Below, piece by piece: positions 8,961-17,701 of a stretch of 64,000 bases of DNA. The stretch is from Patescibacteria group bacterium. GTDB taxonomy: Bacteria > Patescibacteriota > Minisyncoccia > Phycocordibacterales > PALSA-1337. The notes beneath the pieces were generated by a model that saw nothing but the letters and a program-made list of their open reading frames with translations, had not been told where the DNA came from and searched no databases. Each line of letters opens with the position of its first letter. Within the stretch, counting starts at the first letter, position 1. Location of the stretch: positions 138,369 to 202,368 of the forward strand of contig JAZKBV010000001.1 in NCBI GenBank assembly GCA_040388415.1. Direction: 5' to 3'. The translations under genes and the position numbers were made by a program.

Positions 8961-10577
8961 ATGCTCTCTATCTTCAGTTACTACAGCCTCTCTCTGTTTT
9001 TGGGAGGAATCGTAGCTCTCTTCTCGGGCATATTTGTATTTCTCAATAACTCCAAGAAAATGGAAAGCATCGTTTGGTTGCTTTTGACCATTTCGACGGC
9101 GATCTGGAGCTTTGGATACTACATCATGATCATTACTCCGGACAAGCACGTTGCTTGGATCAGCGATGTCATTTTGCATATCGGCGCATCATTCATACCT
9201 TTCTTCTATCTTTTCTTTATAATAGCCATTACGAATGTCTTCGGGCAGTATAAGAAACTCATTTACTGCCTGTCTCCAATAGCGATCTTTTTTGTGCTTG
9301 TGACGCCAAGCTCATTATTTGTTACTGATGTATATCAAAAAGGACCATTCAGTTATGCTCCTAATGCTGGGATACTTTATACGCCATTCACGGCTTATTT
9401 CTTTATAGTAGTTATAATCGCTTTGGCCATATTGCTCATTCAGATCAAGAAATCTGAGCGCAAAGAGGCGCTTCGCCTAAAATTCATCTTCGGGTCGTCG
9501 ATCTTCGGTTTCATTGGCGGCAGCAGCGTTTTCTTTCTAACGTTCAATGTCTTCGTACCGCCATTTCCTGTCATACTATTCGCTTTTTATCCGATGATCA
9601 TCGCATATGCAGTGCTACGCTATAATCTTTTTGACGTAAGAATAATCACGGCAGAATTGCTCACTGCGACGATTTGGATCACTCTTTTGTTCCGTACAGT
9701 TCTTTCAAATAATGGCACCGACCAGGTCATTAGCGGTATCATTCTCGCGATTACAGTCTTGTTCGGTATCTGGCTTGTGCGAAATGTATACCACGAGATC
9801 ACTCAACGCGAAAAGATCGAGAAGCTCGCCAAAGACCTCGAATCTGCCAATGTCCGCCTGACTGAGCTCGATCGCCAAAAGTCAGAGTTCGTCTCATTTG
9901 CGACGCATCAGCTCCGCGCGCCACTCACCGCAATGAAAGGCTATGCCTCGATGATCCTCGATGGCGATATGGGTAAGCTGGCCGATGAGGCCAAGCTCGG
10001 CGTATCGCGCATATACGACTCAGCCCAGACGCTCACCAACATCGTCGACGATTATCTCAACATCACACGCATCGAGCTCGGTACGATGAAGTATGCTTTT
10101 GAGACGATCAACTGGCGCACCCTTATCGATGATATCCTCGCTGAGCTCAAGCCGAATATCGAAAAGTCGAAGCTCGCTTTCTCATTCAATGTTCAAGAAG
10201 AGAATATGGATTATCGCATCACTGCTGACCGCGACAAGTTCAAACAAGTCATCGCCAACCTCATCGACAACTCGATGAAATATACGCCGAAGGGTACAGT
10301 GGCGCTGTCGCTTTCGTTCGACCGCGCGCGTCGCAAGTACGTCTTTATGATCAAAGATACCGGCATCGGCATCGCTCCTGAAGTCTTGCCGCATCTCTTC
10401 GCTAAGTGGAGCCGTGCAGGTAATGCTAACAAGACGAATATCAAAGGCACTGGTCTCGGCCTTTTCGTGGCAAAAGAGATCATTACTGCGCATCATGGCG
10501 AAGTCCGTGCAGAATCTCCTGGCGAAGGGAAGGGCTCAACATTCATCGTGGAGATGGAGCCATTTGGGAAAATGTAA
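8961..10577 (+). CDS. sensor histidine kinase, multi-pass membrane
   Basis: About 6 N-terminal TM helices. HisKA H-box 'ATHQLRAPLTAM'. HATPase N/G boxes 'NLIDNSMKYT', 'DTGIGI' and 'GTGLGL'. Confidence 0.85.
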   Translation: MLSIFSYYSLSLFLGGIVALFSGIFVFLNNSKKMESIVWLLLTISTAIWSFGYYIMIITPDKHVAWISDVILHIGASFIPFFYLFFIIAITNVFGQYKKLIYCLSPIAIFFVLVTPSSLFVTDVYQKGPFSYAPNAGILYTPFTAYFFIVVIIALAILLIQIKKSERKEALRLKFIFGSSIFGFIGGSSVFFLTFNVFVPPFPVILFAFYPMIIAYAVLRYNLFDVRIITAELLTATIWITLLFRTVLSNNGTDQVISGIILAITVLFGIWLVRNVYHEITQREKIEKLAKDLESANVRLTELDRQKSEFVSFATHQLRAPLTAMKGYASMILDGDMGKLADEAKLGVSRIYDSAQTLTNIVDDYLNITRIELGTMKYAFETINWRTLIDDILAELKPNIEKSKLAFSFNVQEENMDYRITADRDKFKQVIANLIDNSMKYTPKGTVALSLSFDRARRKYVFMIKDTGIGIAPEVLPHLFAKWSRAGNANKTNIKGTGLGLFVAKEIITAHHGEVRAESPGEGKGSTFIVEMEPFGKM

Positions 10578-10579
10578 GC

Positions 10580-10612
10580 GTAACACGAATCTACGAATAA
10601 ACGCACGAATAC
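10580..10612. repeat. ACGAAT tandem-repeat element (copy 1)
   Basis: 'aCACGAATctACGAATaaacgcACGAATac'. Near-identical to 54771-54800 and related to 40245-40262. Confidence 0.5.
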
Positions 10613-10654
10613 GGTCGGCGCTCAAAGGACGTTGCGCCGACATGATTTCGCTAA
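10613..10654. repeat. 35-nt conserved intergenic element 'AAAGGACGTTGCGC.GACATGATT..C...AATCAAAAA' (copy 1)
   Basis: Matches 48825-48862 (after pepF) with few mismatches. In both places it is followed by a hairpin. Confidence 0.5.
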
Positions 10655-10682
10655 ATCAAAAAGCCCCGAACAGTGCGTTCGG
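10655..10682. terminator. intrinsic terminator hairpin (A-tract/hairpin, serves convergent genes)
   Basis: 'aaaaaGCCCCGAACagtgcGTTCGGGGtgtgtt'. Confidence 0.6.
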
Positions 10683-10688
10683 GGTGTG

Positions 10689-11207
10689 TTAGGTGCTCTC
10701 CAATGGAGGTTTGGTCGGACATATCTCGCGTCGGCTGCTCGTTTCAGCATAGTGAGGCGCACCTGGTGGCTCTTCAGACGTCTCTCTACAAGCTGGAGGA
10801 CAAGAGAATCCTTTCTGTCCACGCCTCCATCGTCGAGCTGAAGCAGGTGGCGGAGATGGCGGTTCAGTTTGAGCTGGAGGATTCAAGATGCTTTCCATGC
10901 CCAGCTGCCGACGAGCGATGGTTGCTTTAACAGATCGCTTATCAGACTCCTTTTTCTTCTTTTGCAAAAAGGCTGTCCGATAACGTGCTCGCCTTTCTGT
11001 CGGCGTCTCTAGCTTTTTTTCAGTCCGAGGAACGTCAAGCAAGTTTTCGCTCGGTTTGGCCGGCTGTTGAAACGGCGGCTGAGTAGGAATATTCCACACT
11101 ATCGGCTTTTGGGTGCGGTCGCGTCGGGCGGCCTTTCCGATAAAACTAAAAACTAACAGGGCTCCGATCACGATCACGAGCCCGCAGATATTTTTTACAA
11201 TATTCAT
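10689..11207 (-). CDS. hypothetical membrane-anchored, Pro/Lys-rich low-complexity protein
   Basis: N-terminal TM helix 'ICGLVIVIGALLVFSFIG', then a disordered Pro-rich tail. The stop codon abuts the hairpin at 10655-10682. The C-terminal third overlaps plus-strand ORF 10673..10930, so the true extent is uncertain. Confidence 0.45.
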   Translation of the reverse strand: MNIVKNICGLVIVIGALLVFSFIGKAARRDRTQKPIVWNIPTQPPFQQPAKPSENLLDVPRTEKKLETPTERRARYRTAFLQKKKKESDKRSVKATIARRQLGMESILNPPAQTEPPSPPPASARRWRRGQKGFSCPPACRETSEEPPGAPHYAETSSRREICPTKPPLEST

Positions 11208-11265
11208 GGCAAATGAGATAAAGTTTCAGGCGCCGATCCGAAGAAAGGCGCCTGGGTTGAATCAT

Positions 11266-11586
11266 TCAGCAGTCACGACGCGTGACCCATGGCCGGCGAT
11301 CGGAATCCAACGGACTCCGGCGCGGACGAATCTGGACTTCTTCAGCATCGTGCCGAGTGAAGGTGAAGGGGATCGGTGTCATCTTGCTGTGACCGAATTG
11401 TCCCCGACGAAACTGCTTGTGAACCATGACGACGGAGATCATTTGATCGAGAGTTTTTGGCTCCTTTACAAAATATTTTCCCGCCTCGATGGATATGATG
11501 CCTTCGTAATTGAGCCTGTTCAGCATCGCCCATTGCCGTTCACCGGCAGGGGTGATTATTTGTTGACGAATCAGATGTGCGGGCAT
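11266..11586 (-). CDS. hypothetical protein
   Basis: 106-aa ORF with no family recognised. Confidence 0.45.
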   Translation of the reverse strand: MPAHLIRQQIITPAGERQWAMLNRLNYEGIISIEAGKYFVKEPKTLDQMISVVMVHKQFRRGQFGHSKMTPIPFTFTRHDAEEVQIRPRRSPLDSDRRPWVTRRDC

Positions 11587-11669
11587 AAAGTTCCTTTCGG
11601 TTGATGGTTTAAAGGTTCAGGTTACTTGATACCATTATAGCACCTTTTAGCTATATTTGTCAAATGATT

Positions 11670-12137
11670 TTATGAGGTAGAAACCAGTTCATCTACAGCC
11701 TTTTTTACCATCATGCCGTCGGCCTTGCCTGCAAGCTCTTTTATGAGCATACCGACGATTTTGCCGGTCGCTTTCGGGTCAAATCCGCCTTGAGACTTGA
11801 GTGCATCGACGCGTGTACGAACGATTATTTTCACTTCATCATATGACATCATCGCAGGCATGAATGATTCGAGGATGATGAGCTCGGCTTTTTCTTTTGA
11901 TACGAGGTCTGTGCGTCCGCCTTTTTCGAATTGTTCAATAGAATCTCTGTGCTGTTTGACGCTTCTCTTGATGATGGCCATAACTTTGTCGTCTGCAAGG
12001 AAATCACCGGCAATGTTTCCAGACATCATTTCGTTCAAAGCGAGAGCGTTCAGGCCACGGAGCGTGTCGAGGCGTATAGTGTCTTTGGCGCGGAGAGCAT
12101 CCTTGATCTGTTCTTTGATTGTTTGGTGGAGGGTCAT
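11670..12137 (-). CDS. yqeY: GatB/YqeY domain protein
   Basis: 155 aa. The N-terminus 'IKEQIKDALRAKDTIRLDTLRGL' and overall pattern are typical of the YqeY family. Confidence 0.85.
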   Translation of the reverse strand: MTLHQTIKEQIKDALRAKDTIRLDTLRGLNALALNEMMSGNIAGDFLADDKVMAIIKRSVKQHRDSIEQFEKGGRTDLVSKEKAELIILESFMPAMMSYDEVKIIVRTRVDALKSQGGFDPKATGKIVGMLIKELAGKADGMMVKKAVDELVSTS

Positions 12138-12229
12138 AGAATTAGTTTATCACATTTTGAGAACTTTTTGAGCGTTTCTTTATCGCTTGTGTGTATGATT
12201 ATATAATTATAATATTAAGATATAAATTT

Positions 12230-12541
12230 ATGGCCTTAGATACACAAGATAAAAAATACATTGAAGAAGTCTTAGATAAGACGCGAGTCTCATTTAGAGG
12301 CGACATGGAGCACTATTTTGGTGTTCTCCGAGATGATTTCGATCATAAATTCTCAATTTTAGTTGAAATTTCAAAAGATAAACCAGGCAGAGAAGAAGTG
12401 AGAGAAATCGTAAGGGAAGAAGCGGAATACGTCGTGCAAAAAACAATGAAAGATATATTTGCGCCAGAAGTAAAAGAGATCAAGGCCATCCAGAACAAGC
12501 ATGAAAAAAGAATAAGTAAATTGGAAGCAGCTCATATTTAA
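12230..12541 (+). CDS. hypothetical small charged protein
   Basis: ORF track 12191..12541 starts on GTG inside an AT-rich promoter-like stretch. The ATG at 12230 (MALDTQDKK) is preferred. Confidence 0.45.
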   Translation: MALDTQDKKYIEEVLDKTRVSFRGDMEHYFGVLRDDFDHKFSILVEISKDKPGREEVREIVREEAEYVVQKTMKDIFAPEVKEIKAIQNKHEKRISKLEAAHI

Positions 12542-12556
12542 GGTACTATTACGTAC

Positions 12557-13669
12557 ATGACCACACTCCTCATCATTCTCATTGTCTTAGCGGTTTTGAT
12601 AATTGTCTTTTTGGGAGTGCTGTTGTTGCGCCAGAAAAACGCCGCTTTCGGCGGGGCGAACAATCAACAAAATACTCAGCAAAACGAAGGGCTCAACCTC
12701 ATCCTCCAGCAGATCAATGAAATGTCGCGCACAGTTGATGCTAAGATGGGCGATCTCAGCAAAACGGTGGATGCCAAGATCAATGATGGCAATCGCTCGA
12801 TGCAAGAGTCTATGCGCGGACAGCTTTCGGAGTCGTCAAAACTCATCAAGGAAGTCACTCAGGGTTTGACCAAGCTCGATGAGACCAACCGTCAGGTGGT
12901 TTCTTTTGCCGACCAGTTACAGAGTCTTCAGGATATCCTCAAAAATCCAAAACAACGCGGTATCCTCGGCGAGTATTATCTGGAAACATTGCTCAAGAAC
13001 GTCTTGGCACCAGGGCAGTATCAGATGCAATATGCGTTCAAGAATGGCGAGATCGTAGATGCGGCTGTCTTCGTAAAAGATAAGGTCATTCCTATAGATT
13101 CGAAGTTTTCATTGGAAAATTACAATAAACTCGTTGAAGAAAAGAATCCGGCGGAAAAAGAAAAATTGGAAAAAGCTTTTGTGAATGATTTGAAATTACG
13201 CATCCAGGAAACAGCGAAGTATGTCCGCCCTTCTGAAAATACGATGGATTTTGCCTTTATGTTCATTCCTCACGAGGCTATCTACTATGATCTCTTGGTT
13301 AATAAGATTGGCGCAGCAGTTGGGGAGACTGACAATTTGATCCAGCGCGCAGCAAGCAAGTATAAGGTCATCATTGTATCGCCAACTTCTTTCTTGGCGT
13401 ATTTACAGACGGTGTTGCAGGGCCTCAAGGCTATGCAGATCGAAGAGACCGCAAAGGACATCGTCAAGCATGTCGAACAGCTCGGTACACATCTCAAAAA
13501 GTATGAGGAGTATCATACAAAGCTTGGTACATCACTTGGCACAGTTATCAATCATTACAATAACTCCGGCAAGGAGCTCAAGAAGGTAGACAAAGATATT
13601 ATGCGCATTGCAGGTGAGGCGCCAGGCATAGAAGTGGCTGTTTTGGAGGGGCCAGAAAGCGATGAGTGA
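12557..13669 (+). CDS. rmuC: DNA recombination protein RmuC
   Basis: N-terminal TM, central coiled coil, and a C-terminal RmuC domain 'FMFIPHEAIYYDLL'. Confidence 0.8.
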   Translation: MTTLLIILIVLAVLIIVFLGVLLLRQKNAAFGGANNQQNTQQNEGLNLILQQINEMSRTVDAKMGDLSKTVDAKINDGNRSMQESMRGQLSESSKLIKEVTQGLTKLDETNRQVVSFADQLQSLQDILKNPKQRGILGEYYLETLLKNVLAPGQYQMQYAFKNGEIVDAAVFVKDKVIPIDSKFSLENYNKLVEEKNPAEKEKLEKAFVNDLKLRIQETAKYVRPSENTMDFAFMFIPHEAIYYDLLVNKIGAAVGETDNLIQRAASKYKVIIVSPTSFLAYLQTVLQGLKAMQIEETAKDIVKHVEQLGTHLKKYEEYHTKLGTSLGTVINHYNNSGKELKKVDKDIMRIAGEAPGIEVAVLEGPESDE

Positions 13670-13709
13670 TGCTATTGAGTCACGAGTAGTAGGGTGTTAT
13701 CATAGTGTA

Positions 13710-16700
13710 ATGAAACGTAACTGCATGTATAGGTATCTATTTTTACTCATTACGTCACTCTCGATTGTTTTGCTCACCGGAAAAAATGCTTTTGCTGATG
13801 TTTTGTCACCAGGCACGATATACAGTTGTGGTGAAATAGCGAGTGCGGGCGTGTACACACTTAGTTCTACCAGTACATTTTCTGTAGCTCCCGGCAACGA
13901 TTGCATCAGAGTTACGTCAGGGGGAACAGTGGATGATACTGTTATTGATGGCAACGGGGCAACTATTACTGGTAATGTGAATGGTGATGGTGTAAACCCT
14001 GGTGATAGTGGTTTTAATTTTACGTTGGAGAATGCCACAGTCATTGGAACTACGAGTACAAGTGGAATTGATTTGGCAGATTGTAGTACCTATGGTGGTT
14101 TAGGTGGCATTGTAAAAATATTAAACTCCACAACCACTGCACTTGTCGCCAATGGTGGAAAAATTGAGACAGTGACGGCGTGTAGTCCAACACCAAGTCA
14201 GTATTATGGTGGAGATGGAGGTTTTTTTACTATCTCAACATCTACGTTCACGACAATAAGCACTGTCGGTGCTGATGGTGGAACAGGGGGGTATGGAGGA
14301 CGTATAGTTATTTTCAATTCAGACAGCTCTCTTGCAAGTAGCACAATCTCACTCGGGGGTGGACACGGGACTGATCTTTCGGTGGCTGGCTATCTTGAGG
14401 TTCACTATACTGTATTTGATTATGTGAATTACCTTTTTTCTGCGCTCAATTGGCTCTATCTATATGGTCCCGATAATCTTCCTGGTGAAATTTTCAATAA
14501 TACCCCATTCGCTGGAGGCTATCTCTACACTCCACCAGGTGACACCACTTGTTCGAGTAGTTTAATAACCGCAGGAATCTATACCCTCACCGGTGATGTA
14601 ACAGGAGATTGCACTATTGCTGGTAACGGCGTGATCCTCAATGGTCAGGGTCACACCATAAATGGGAATGTGCATGGTGACGGATCAGGTTTTGATACTT
14701 CAGGTTACACTTTTACTTTAGAAAATGTAACCGTCACAGGAACAACTTCGGCAACTCTTGGCGCTGGAAATATTACCGTCAACAACTCCACAACCTCTGT
14801 TATAACCGTGAATAATGAAGGAGATCGTTTTGCGGGAAATGTTGGGGAGATACATTTGATAAATTCAACTTCGACTTCACTGTATGCGAGTGCTTCCAGA
14901 TACGGAGCGACGTGTGGTCTCTGTACTGTGCAAAGCGGTCATGCGGGAGTTATTGATGTCACGAACTCGGTATTCACGCATATATATGCCGATAGTATTA
15001 TCGGTGCGAGCAGTACCGGGGGGACGATAACCATCACCGGCACAAATGTCGATGTTTCGAGTACGACTGTGTCAGCGACAGGTTTGGTAAATGGTATTCT
15101 GACTATCAATTATGCGACTTTGGTAAATGACAATTTTACCCTCTCTGCACTGAGCGATCTTATCCTTAATGGGCCGAGTAATTTACCAGGTGATCTGGGT
15201 TCATTTGGCGGCGGAGTGCTTTCTCTTGATAACACGATTTATAATGCATCACAATGTAGTAATCTCGGCATCTCACAGACGTATTTTCTAGCCAATAATA
15301 TTACGGGAAATTGTGTGATCAAGGCGAATAATGTGGTAATCGATGGTGCAGGGCAATGGACCGTCAATGGAAGCATTACTGGTGACGCTACAGTTGTAGG
15401 TAATAATGGTTATAATTTTACGTTACAAAATATTACCGTAACTGGACCAGTTACCTCAAATGGTTCTATCGTCTATCTTTCTCAAGTAAGTCAGACAGCT
15501 GGAGCGGGGGGTTCTATCACTATCGATCATGCCACGACGAGCGATATAACTTCGCTGGGTGCAGCTCCATGTGCTCATTTCAAGATTGGTAATCCGTGTG
15601 GTACTGGCGGTAATGTGATTGTGAGAGATTCTTATGTGGGAAATATTAATGTTGATGGTGGCAGTAGCCAGAGTTCTCAGCTTTCAGGACAGGGCGGAAC
15701 GATCGTTATTTCGACTTCAACCACAGCCTCGCTCAGTGCCAATGGTGGAAACGGTGATACGCAAGGTGGTAATGGGGGGTCTGTAACTGTTACAAATTCT
15801 CTCGAAAATATCGCTAGTAGTACAATAAGTGCTCGTGGAGGAAACTCTCTCCTATGTGGAAGTGGAGGAAATGGCGGTTCGATCAATTTATTGAATTCAA
15901 CATATACAGGTTCGATAATCAACACTGCCGGAAATGATGCTTCAGATTGTAGCTATTCATATTCCGGTTCATCAGGACATAGTGGGTCAATACAGGTGCT
16001 TGGCCAGTATAGCCAAGTTGTAAGCACGGTTGCTCCAACCGAACCAGCCCCCGCTCTCATACCAACACCTGTCGTAGTTCCAAAAACCCCAGCCGTGTCA
16101 GGTTCGAGCGGTTCATTCATCACACCACCTATCAGTGATTCAGTACCAGTTGAAACCATCCCAACATCACCAATACCTCCACGCACATTTGGATCAGTTG
16201 CTGCTCAAGCCATCCAACAAGTAACCAAAGTTGCAACCGCCGTCGCCAACTCTCCAGCCGCTAAAACAGTCCAAACCGTCGGCTTCTTCGGTGGCTTGGC
16301 AGCATCAGTCGCCTTCTACACTGATAGTGCCTTTGCGACACCAGTTGCCGCATCGGAAGTCCTCCTTATCCCGGTGCGCCTCTGGGGACTCCTCCTTGCA
16401 GGCTTAGGTATACGTAAGCGTTCACGTCCGTGGGGCACCGTCTATGACAGCGTGACCAAACAACCGATCGACCCTGCTTTTGTCACAGCACGTGATGCCT
16501 CAGGCAAGGTAGTGGCTGAATCATTCACTGATATCGATGGTAGATACGGCTTCCTCCTTCCTGACGGCGTATACTACATCTCTGCACAAAAGACGAACTA
16601 TGAATTCCCATCGAAGAAGATGGTGGGCAAGCAGAATGACGAGCTCTACAGTGATCTCTACTTTGGCGAGTCTGTCATCATTCACAGCGGTCAGGTCCTC

Positions 16701-17204
16701 GACAAGAATATCCCCATGGATCAAAAGAACTTCGACTGGAATGAATATGCCAAGAAGAAGCGTAATGCACTCTTGTTCCATTCAAAATATGAAAAGCCGT
16801 GGGCTGTCGTGAGTAACTATGTCTATGGCATCGGCCTTGCCATCTCCGTCATCGCGACTGTTATCCATCCCACAACCTACAATATTGTCATTCTCGTTTC
16901 GTATGCGGTAGTCCTCATCTCATTCAATTTCACCAGTCGAAAGAAAAAGCTGGGATCGATCATCGACAAGGAGACTCATGACCCGTTGTCCTATGCGATT
17001 TTCCGTGTGACTGGATCTGACCATCAAACTGTTCTTCGTTCAGGCGCCTGTGATGTCCTTGGCCGATTCTACTGTATCGTGCCAAAAGGCGAGTGTTATA
17101 TTGATATCGAGAAAAAGAACGTTGACGGCACCTATGTGAAAGTCTATGAATCAGCGCTACTCAACAACAAGACGGGCTTCATTAACAGCGATTTGGTGGT
17201 CTAG
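13710..17204 (+). CDS. giant surface protein with three ~230-aa tandem modules, Gly-rich and Pro/Thr-rich stalk, TM helices and two CarboxypepD_reg-like domains
   Basis: Signal peptide 'MYRYLFLLITSLSIVLLTGKNAFA'. Three repeated modules recognisable by '...NGQGHTINGNVHGDG...FTLENVTVTGTTS'. C-terminal TM segments. 'DASGKVVAESFTDIDGRYGF' and 'IFRVTGSDHQTVLRSGACDVLGRFY' are Ig-like carboxypeptidase-regulatory-type folds. Confidence 0.75.
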   Translation: MKRNCMYRYLFLLITSLSIVLLTGKNAFADVLSPGTIYSCGEIASAGVYTLSSTSTFSVAPGNDCIRVTSGGTVDDTVIDGNGATITGNVNGDGVNPGDSGFNFTLENATVIGTTSTSGIDLADCSTYGGLGGIVKILNSTTTALVANGGKIETVTACSPTPSQYYGGDGGFFTISTSTFTTISTVGADGGTGGYGGRIVIFNSDSSLASSTISLGGGHGTDLSVAGYLEVHYTVFDYVNYLFSALNWLYLYGPDNLPGEIFNNTPFAGGYLYTPPGDTTCSSSLITAGIYTLTGDVTGDCTIAGNGVILNGQGHTINGNVHGDGSGFDTSGYTFTLENVTVTGTTSATLGAGNITVNNSTTSVITVNNEGDRFAGNVGEIHLINSTSTSLYASASRYGATCGLCTVQSGHAGVIDVTNSVFTHIYADSIIGASSTGGTITITGTNVDVSSTTVSATGLVNGILTINYATLVNDNFTLSALSDLILNGPSNLPGDLGSFGGGVLSLDNTIYNASQCSNLGISQTYFLANNITGNCVIKANNVVIDGAGQWTVNGSITGDATVVGNNGYNFTLQNITVTGPVTSNGSIVYLSQVSQTAGAGGSITIDHATTSDITSLGAAPCAHFKIGNPCGTGGNVIVRDSYVGNINVDGGSSQSSQLSGQGGTIVISTSTTASLSANGGNGDTQGGNGGSVTVTNSLENIASSTISARGGNSLLCGSGGNGGSINLLNSTYTGSIINTAGNDASDCSYSYSGSSGHSGSIQVLGQYSQVVSTVAPTEPAPALIPTPVVVPKTPAVSGSSGSFITPPISDSVPVETIPTSPIPPRTFGSVAAQAIQQVTKVATAVANSPAAKTVQTVGFFGGLAASVAFYTDSAFATPVAASEVLLIPVRLWGLLLAGLGIRKRSRPWGTVYDSVTKQPIDPAFVTARDASGKVVAESFTDIDGRYGFLLPDGVYYISAQKTNYEFPSKKMVGKQNDELYSDLYFGESVIIHSGQVLDKNIPMDQKNFDWNEYAKKKRNALLFHSKYEKPWAVVSNYVYGIGLAISVIATVIHPTTYNIVILVSYAVVLISFNFTSRKKKLGSIIDKETHDPLSYAIFRVTGSDHQTVLRSGACDVLGRFYCIVPKGECYIDIEKKNVDGTYVKVYESALLNNKTGFINSDLVV

Positions 17205-17243
17205 GTATTGCGTTTATTATGCCTTCGTGTATAATGTTCTTCT

Positions 17244-17564
17244 ATGGAATTTGCAGTTATACAGACAGGCGGAAAGCAATATACAGTCTCAAAAGGAGAT
17301 CTTATTTTGATTGAGAAGATTATTGGCGAATACAAAGAGGGCGACAAAATCGTCTTCGACCACGTCCTTCTCGTTGATAACGGCAAAGACACTACTATCG
17401 GCACACCTTACATCCCAAACGCATCAGTCAAAGGCACTATCACAAAGATCGGTCGCTCAGCAAAGGTTCTTGTAGTGAAATATAAGCAAAAGAGCCGTTC
17501 AGGTTGGACACGCAACGGACATCGTCAGCCTTACTTCCAGGTTAAGATTGATTCTCTCAAATAG
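17244..17564 (+). CDS. rplU: 50S ribosomal protein bL21
   Basis: 'MEFAVIQTGGKQYTVSKGDLILIEKI' is the canonical L21 N-terminus. Confidence 0.95.
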   Translation: MEFAVIQTGGKQYTVSKGDLILIEKIIGEYKEGDKIVFDHVLLVDNGKDTTIGTPYIPNASVKGTITKIGRSAKVLVVKYKQKSRSGWTRNGHRQPYFQVKIDSLK

Positions 17565-17572
17565 TTAAAAAG

Positions 17573-17597
17573 CCTCCAGTTGGAGGTTTTTTGTTAA
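17573..17597 (+). terminator. intrinsic terminator after rplU
   Basis: 'aaaaaGCCTCCagttGGAGGtttttt'. Confidence 0.7.
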
Positions 17598-17617
17598 GAA
17601 AGTAATTCATGAAAGTT

Positions 17618-17643
17618 TGACAAATTCTTATTTTTGTATAATG
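17618..17643 (+). promoter_or_regulatory. sigma70-like promoter with extended -10 (TTGACA-N14-TGTATAAT)
   Basis: 'TTGACAaattcttattttTGTATAAT', with an SD 'AGGAG' 8 nt before the ATG at 17702. Confidence 0.4.
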
Positions 17644-17701
17644 CTACTTACAAATACACGTCAACGCTCGTTGATATAACAATGTAACTTAGGAGTCTAA
17701 A

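Noticed and set aside
11113-11604. 163-aa plus-strand ORF
   Set aside because: It is antisense to ORF 11266..11586 and extends across an intergenic region. It has no start context and is probably spurious.
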